From Candidatus Omnitrophota bacterium (GTDB lineage: Bacteria; Omnitrophota; Gorgyraeia; JAGLLT01), in assembly GCA_023140385.1 (NCBI GenBank), contig JAGLLT010000018.1, positions 6,071 to 70,070 of the forward strand: DNA of 64,000 bases, read 5' to 3'. Positions 60,014 through 64,000 of the stretch are shown piece by piece. The notes beneath the pieces were generated by a model. That model did no database searches, was not told the DNA's origin, and was given only the letters and a program-made list of their open reading frames with translations. The position numbers were made by a program, and so were the translations under genes. The stretch's first letter is position 1, and each line of letters begins with the position of its first letter.

Positions 60014-61421
60014 TCAAAATTTTAGGCTGAGTGATACAATCGCGGCTATCGCGACACCATTAGGGGTAGGGGGCCTAAGCATCGTACGCTTAAGCGGCGG
60101 AGAGGCCTTAAAGGTTGCTGACAAATTATTTGTCTCCGCGGATAAAAAGAAGCCTTCTCGGTTTCAAACCCATACCGTTCATTACGGCCGGGTGCTTTAT
60201 CCGCCGTCTAAAAGCAGGGGGGGGAGAGAGGAAATAGATGAAGCCCTCATGACCGTTATGCGTTCGCCAAAAAGTTATACCAGGGAGGATGTAGTTGAGA
60301 TAAGCTGTCATGGCGGCCTGGTTCCCGCCAGGAAGATTCTTGATTTGGTGTTGGGTTTAAAGGTAAGGCTGGCTGAGCCGGGTGAATTTACCAAAAGAGC
60401 TTTCTTAAACGGAAGGATTGACTTGACACAGGCTGAGGCGGTTCTGGACGTAATTCAGGCAAAGACCGAGGCTGGTTTAAGAGTCGCTCTTAACCATCTT
60501 AAAGGCCGCCTGTCTAAAAAAATAAAGGCAATGCGGGAGGAGTTGATTGATCTCTTGTCAGATGCTGAGGCCTCAATTGATTTTAGTGGTGAAGACATAG
60601 AAGTTATAAGCGGAAGCTCTCTGTCTAAAAGGTTAAGAAAAAACGCTTTAGTTTTAAAAAGACTGCTTGATACCGCCGGCAGAGGTATTATATTAACCGA
60701 AGGGGCATCCGTTGTTATTTGCGGCAAGGCAAACGTTGGCAAATCGAGCCTGATGAACGCGCTGTTAAAGGTAGAAAAGGTTATAGTGACTCCTCAAGCC
60801 GGCACAACCCGTGATACAATTGAAGAGTTAATTAACATTGAGGGAGTTCCCGTCAGGATAATCGATACGGCGGGTGTTCTGGAGCCGGCTGATATAGTTG
60901 AAGAGGAAAGCATTTTACGCAGTAAAAATACAGTAAGCGGGGCTGATATAGCGCTTTTTGTTTTAGATTACAGCAGGCCTCTTTCCGCGCAGGACAAAGA
61001 GATAATAGATCATATAAAAGACAAAGTTGTGATTGTGGTTGTTAATAAAATAGATTTGCCTTTGAAGTTAAAGACAGAGGCTATAAAAGGTTTCTTAAAG
61101 GGCAAAGAGGTTGTTAAGATTTCAGCGGCTGAAGGTTTAAATTTAAGAAAAGTGGAAAAGGCCATTATTCGGACGCTTTTTCAGGGGCAGGGCGCCTGTG
61201 TTTCAGGTCCAATGTTGAATAACCTGCGGCATAAAAGTCTCATACGGCAGGCCTATGACAATCTGCTAAACGCGGAAAAATCCCTTAAAAAAGGCCTTTC
61301 TTTTGAATTTATTGCTCTCGACCTAAAAGAGGCCCTGGATAGATTGGGAGAAATTACAGGGGAGTCTGCTTCCGGAGATATTCTGGACGCGGTTTTTTCA
61401 AAATTTTGCGTGGGAAAATGA
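60006..61421 (+). CDS. mnmE: tRNA modification GTPase MnmE
   Basis: DTIAAIATP, GEFTKRAFLNG, GKANVGKSS, GTTRD, DTAG, NKID, FCVGK. Confidence 0.97.
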   Translation: MGNQNFRLSDTIAAIATPLGVGGLSIVRLSGGEALKVADKLFVSADKKKPSRFQTHTVHYGRVLYPPSKSRGGREEIDEALMTVMRSPKSYTREDVVEISCHGGLVPARKILDLVLGLKVRLAEPGEFTKRAFLNGRIDLTQAEAVLDVIQAKTEAGLRVALNHLKGRLSKKIKAMREELIDLLSDAEASIDFSGEDIEVISGSSLSKRLRKNALVLKRLLDTAGRGIILTEGASVVICGKANVGKSSLMNALLKVEKVIVTPQAGTTRDTIEELINIEGVPVRIIDTAGVLEPADIVEEESILRSKNTVSGADIALFVLDYSRPLSAQDKEIIDHIKDKVVIVVVNKIDLPLKLKTEAIKGFLKGKEVVKISAAEGLNLRKVEKAIIRTLFQGQGACVSGPMLNNLRHKSLIRQAYDNLLNAEKSLKKGLSFEFIALDLKEALDRLGEITGESASGDILDAVFSKFCVGK

Positions 61422-61434
61422 AAGGAAGTAAAAA

Positions 61435-61998
61435 ATGAGTATTAATAAGAAAAAAGTAGAGACAGCCGTTAAATTATTTCTCGAGGCTATAGGGGAAGAT
61501 GTAAAAAGGCAGGGGGTTGTTGATACACCGCGAAGAATAGCCAATATGTGTGATGAAATATTGGCTGGCATGACAAGAAAGGCTGACAAAGAGCTTGAGG
61601 TAATATTTACCAAAGAACATGATGAGATTATATTGGTTAAGGATATTCCATTCTACTCGCTTTGCGAGCACCACCTCTTGCCTTTTTTTGGCAAGACACA
61701 TGTGGCCTATATTCCTTCAGGGCACAAAATTACAGGATTAAGTAAGTTGGCCAGGGTAGTTGACCTGTTGTCGAAAAAGCTGCAGATACAGGAGAATCTT
61801 ACCACGGAGATCGCCGACCTTGTAATGAAGAAGCTAAAACCCAAGGGTGTTATGGTGGTCGTGGAAGCGGAACATCTTTGTATGAGTATGAGAGGGGTGA
61901 AAAAACCGGGAGCCCTGACGATAACCAGCGCGGTGAGAGGCGTCTTTAGAAAAAGCGAAAAAACCCGCTCTGAGACGCTCTTCCTGATTAAATCTTGA
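61435..61998 (+). CDS. folE: GTP cyclohydrolase I
   Basis: [27 protein letters not shown]. Confidence 0.97.
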   Translation: MSINKKKVETAVKLFLEAIGEDVKRQGVVDTPRRIANMCDEILAGMTRKADKELEVIFTKEHDEIILVKDIPFYSLCEHHLLPFFGKTHVAYIPSGHKITGLSKLARVVDLLSKKLQIQENLTTEIADLVMKKLKPKGVMVVVEAEHLCMSMRGVKKPGALTITSAVRGVFRKSEKTRSETLFLIKS

Positions 61999-62025
61999 CA
62001 CAGGCCGGCCAAAATATGGTATAAT
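61995..62025 (+). promoter_or_regulatory. Putative promoter of the HD-GYP gene
   Basis: Extended -10 TGG-TATAAT (62017-62025); TTGACA overlapping the folE stop at a long (19-nt) spacing. Confidence 0.5.
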
Positions 62026-62065
62026 ATAAAAAGAATATCTAAAAACACTAAGAGGAGAGCATTCT

Positions 62066-63241
62066 ATGAGTTTAAGCAGCCTTGAAGTTAAAATCAACGA
62101 GCTGGAAGGACAGATAGCAAGAAAGAACAGGCAGATTCAGGAATTGGAGTTGATGCATAAAATAAGCAAAGAGGCTGCCGGCGTTATTCATCTTAATAAG
62201 AGCCTGCAGTTGATTGCTAATGAAGCCTGCGATGCCTTTAAGGCGGGAATTGGTTCAATTTTGCTGGTTGATTTTGAGTCGAAGGATTTAATCATTAAAG
62301 CTGCCAGAGGCCTTGATGAATCCGTTATCAGGGAAACCAGAGTAAAGGTGGGAGAGAGGGTTTCCGGCTGGGTAGCTGAATTTAAAGAACCTCTTTTAGT
62401 AGTAGATATCGAGAAAGATCAACGCTTTGCCAAGAGAAGTAATGAAAAGTATTTTAATAATTCTCTTATTGCCGCTCCTATATCCTGCCTGGGCCAATTC
62501 CTGGGAGTTATAAATATTAATAATAAGAAGACTAAAGAAGTGTTTACCGAGCACGACCTGGATTTATTGGTGGCCATTGCCGAGCAGGCGGGAATAATTA
62601 TCAATAATGCCGACAACTATAAAAAACTGCAGGATTTATATATGAATACCGTTTCGGCTTTAACCGAGGCCATTGATACCCGCGATCATTATACTAAAAA
62701 TCACTCGGAGCATGTAACTAAATATGCTGTAGATATAGCCAGGGAGTTAAATCTAAATGAGGAGAGGATAAATATTTTAAGAGACGCGGCTAAACTGCAT
62801 GATATTGGGAAGATAGGAGTGCATGATTACATTTTAATGAAGCCCGGGAAGTTAACTAAAGAAGAGTGGGAAGAGATTAAACTGCACGCGCTTAAAGGTG
62901 TCAAGATTCTCCAGCCGCTTACTTTTTTAAACAATTCAATAGATATTATCAGAGGCCACCATGAAAGATACGATGGTGAAGGTTACCCGGATGGTAAGAA
63001 GGGTGAAGAAATACCTCTTGAGGCCAGAATTATGGCAGTTGCTGATTCCTTTGACGCTATGACGACTGAAAGACCCTATCGTAAGGCATTAACGACAAAG
63101 GAGGCCTTAGATGAAATTACGCGTGGAAAAGGCAGTCAGTTTGACCCTGGTGTAGCCGATGCTTTTTTGAGGTGCGTTAGCAAAAAAAGCTATAATTTTT
63201 CACAGGAAATTACCGGTTTTAAAAGTGAATTAGTCCTTTAA
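62066..63241 (+). CDS. GAF + HD-GYP c-di-GMP phosphodiesterase
   Basis: N-terminal coiled coil and GAF; HSEHV, LHDIGK, HHERYDGEGYPDG, VADSFDAMT...RPYR. Confidence 0.93.
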   Translation: MSLSSLEVKINELEGQIARKNRQIQELELMHKISKEAAGVIHLNKSLQLIANEACDAFKAGIGSILLVDFESKDLIIKAARGLDESVIRETRVKVGERVSGWVAEFKEPLLVVDIEKDQRFAKRSNEKYFNNSLIAAPISCLGQFLGVININNKKTKEVFTEHDLDLLVAIAEQAGIIINNADNYKKLQDLYMNTVSALTEAIDTRDHYTKNHSEHVTKYAVDIARELNLNEERINILRDAAKLHDIGKIGVHDYILMKPGKLTKEEWEEIKLHALKGVKILQPLTFLNNSIDIIRGHHERYDGEGYPDGKKGEEIPLEARIMAVADSFDAMTTERPYRKALTTKEALDEITRGKGSQFDPGVADAFLRCVSKKSYNFSQEITGFKSELVL

Positions 63242-63267
63242 GGCAAAGACTTAGGGGGGTCTTTATT

Positions 63268-63717
63268 ATGGATGAAAAGGAAAAAGAGAAGTTAAGTGAG
63301 TTGTCGCCGGATGTAGAAAAGGATATGAAGAAAGGTAAGGGTTATACTACTATATTGGCAAATATCGTAGGAGATATAAGAAAACGCGATGTTGAGAAAG
63401 CAGTCAGGTTAAAAAATGATAAAATTAAAGCTCCCGGCCTCATCAAGAAGTTTTTGAAATCAGTGGGCTGGAGTGAGAAAGAAGCGGTTTCTATAGAAGA
63501 AGAAGCTCTGGGAGAAAAGAAGGACGATATCGCGCGGGAGAACATAGTGGGAATTGAAGAAATAAAAGAAGATGAGTTAAAGGTAGAGGTCAGGCATGAA
63601 ATAAGCGGTATTGAAGAAGCCGGTGTAATTAAATTTCGGGGCAGAGATTATATGGTGTTGAGCACGACGACCAATGAACAAAGTGAAACCTTTACCTTTC
63701 ATCTGAAAGGGTGTTAA
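63268..63717 (+). CDS. Hypothetical protein
   Basis: 149-aa charged ORF with G-rich RBS, between two signalling genes. Confidence 0.65.
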   Translation: MDEKEKEKLSELSPDVEKDMKKGKGYTTILANIVGDIRKRDVEKAVRLKNDKIKAPGLIKKFLKSVGWSEKEAVSIEEEALGEKKDDIARENIVGIEEIKEDELKVEVRHEISGIEEAGVIKFRGRDYMVLSTTTNEQSETFTFHLKGC

Positions 63718-63747
63718 GTGCTGTTCTAAAGAATGCAAGGGCCGCTT

Positions 63748-64000
63748 ATGGCTGATAATGATATTTCCCGTCAGAACCCAGACAAACAAACTAAACCTTC
63801 TCAGCCATTCTCCGGAGTTACCGGTCAGAGTCTTGGAGAGTTTGAAGTAAAAAAGGAGATTGGCAGGGGCGGCACTTCTATTGTTTATGAGGCCTACCAG
63901 CCAAGTTTAAAAAGGGTGGTCGCTCTAAAGGTTCTCCGAAGACCTCTTATCAAAGAACCCAGCCTTATTGAAAGATTCCATCGCGAAGCAGAGGCTGCCG
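63748..64000 (+). CDS. Hanks-type Ser/Thr protein kinase (N-terminal part, truncated by window end; absent from ORF track)
   Basis: Manual translation: ...LGEFEVKKEIGRGGTSIVYEAYQPSLKRVVALKVL...IERFHREAEAA (Gly loop, VALK lysine, helix C). Confidence 0.9.
   Translation, partial: MADNDISRQNPDKQTKPSQPFSGVTGQSLGEFEVKKEIGRGGTSIVYEAYQPSLKRVVALKVLRRPLIKEPSLIERFHREAEAA

Noticed and set aside
52239-62000. TTGACA boxes overlapping TGA stop codons (GH94, folE) as a special mechanism
   Set aside because: TTGACA contains TGA, so overlap in compact genomes is expected by chance; kept only as putative promoters.

Overview
Bacterial chromosome segment from a diderm organism (lnt, lolE/lolD, mlaEFD, a secretin). 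The gene content suggests a PVC-group lineage such as Omnitrophota, but that is inference only. Every credible gene lies on the + strand. Layout: (1) 3' part of secA, then lnt. (2) A small AT-rich accessory island (~2.5-5.8 kb) holding scrambled remnants of a REP-associated (RAYT-like) Y1 transposase with its palindromic repeats, an MNT-HEPN toxin-antitoxin pair with a deleted toxin, an attC-like site, a DUF4153 gene, and a ywbE gene split with a 68-bp duplication. (3) A housekeeping block: lysS-lolE-lolD-ilvE-mcsA-mcsB-clpC-[AsmA/TamB-like, mlaE, mlaF, mlaD]-radA-PIN/TRAM-ispD-ispF-cysE-cysS. (4) A ~23.5-kb Wzx/Wzy-type polysaccharide locus. It begins with a diguanylate cyclase and a lone secretin sitting where Wza would normally be, and ends with a TPR lipoprotein, an exosortase and EpsI. 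(5) A sugar-utilisation cluster: solute-binding protein, GH94, PocR-AraC, a Cys-rich PilZ protein and GH35. (6) purH-folC-mnmE-folE, a GAF-HD-GYP protein, a hypothetical gene and the start of a Ser/Thr kinase. No rRNA, tRNA or CRISPR array was seen. The best candidates for novelty are the secretin-coupled polysaccharide/exosortase locus and the RAYT-remnant, repeat-delimited cargo island. All calls come from reading motifs by eye; no searches were run.
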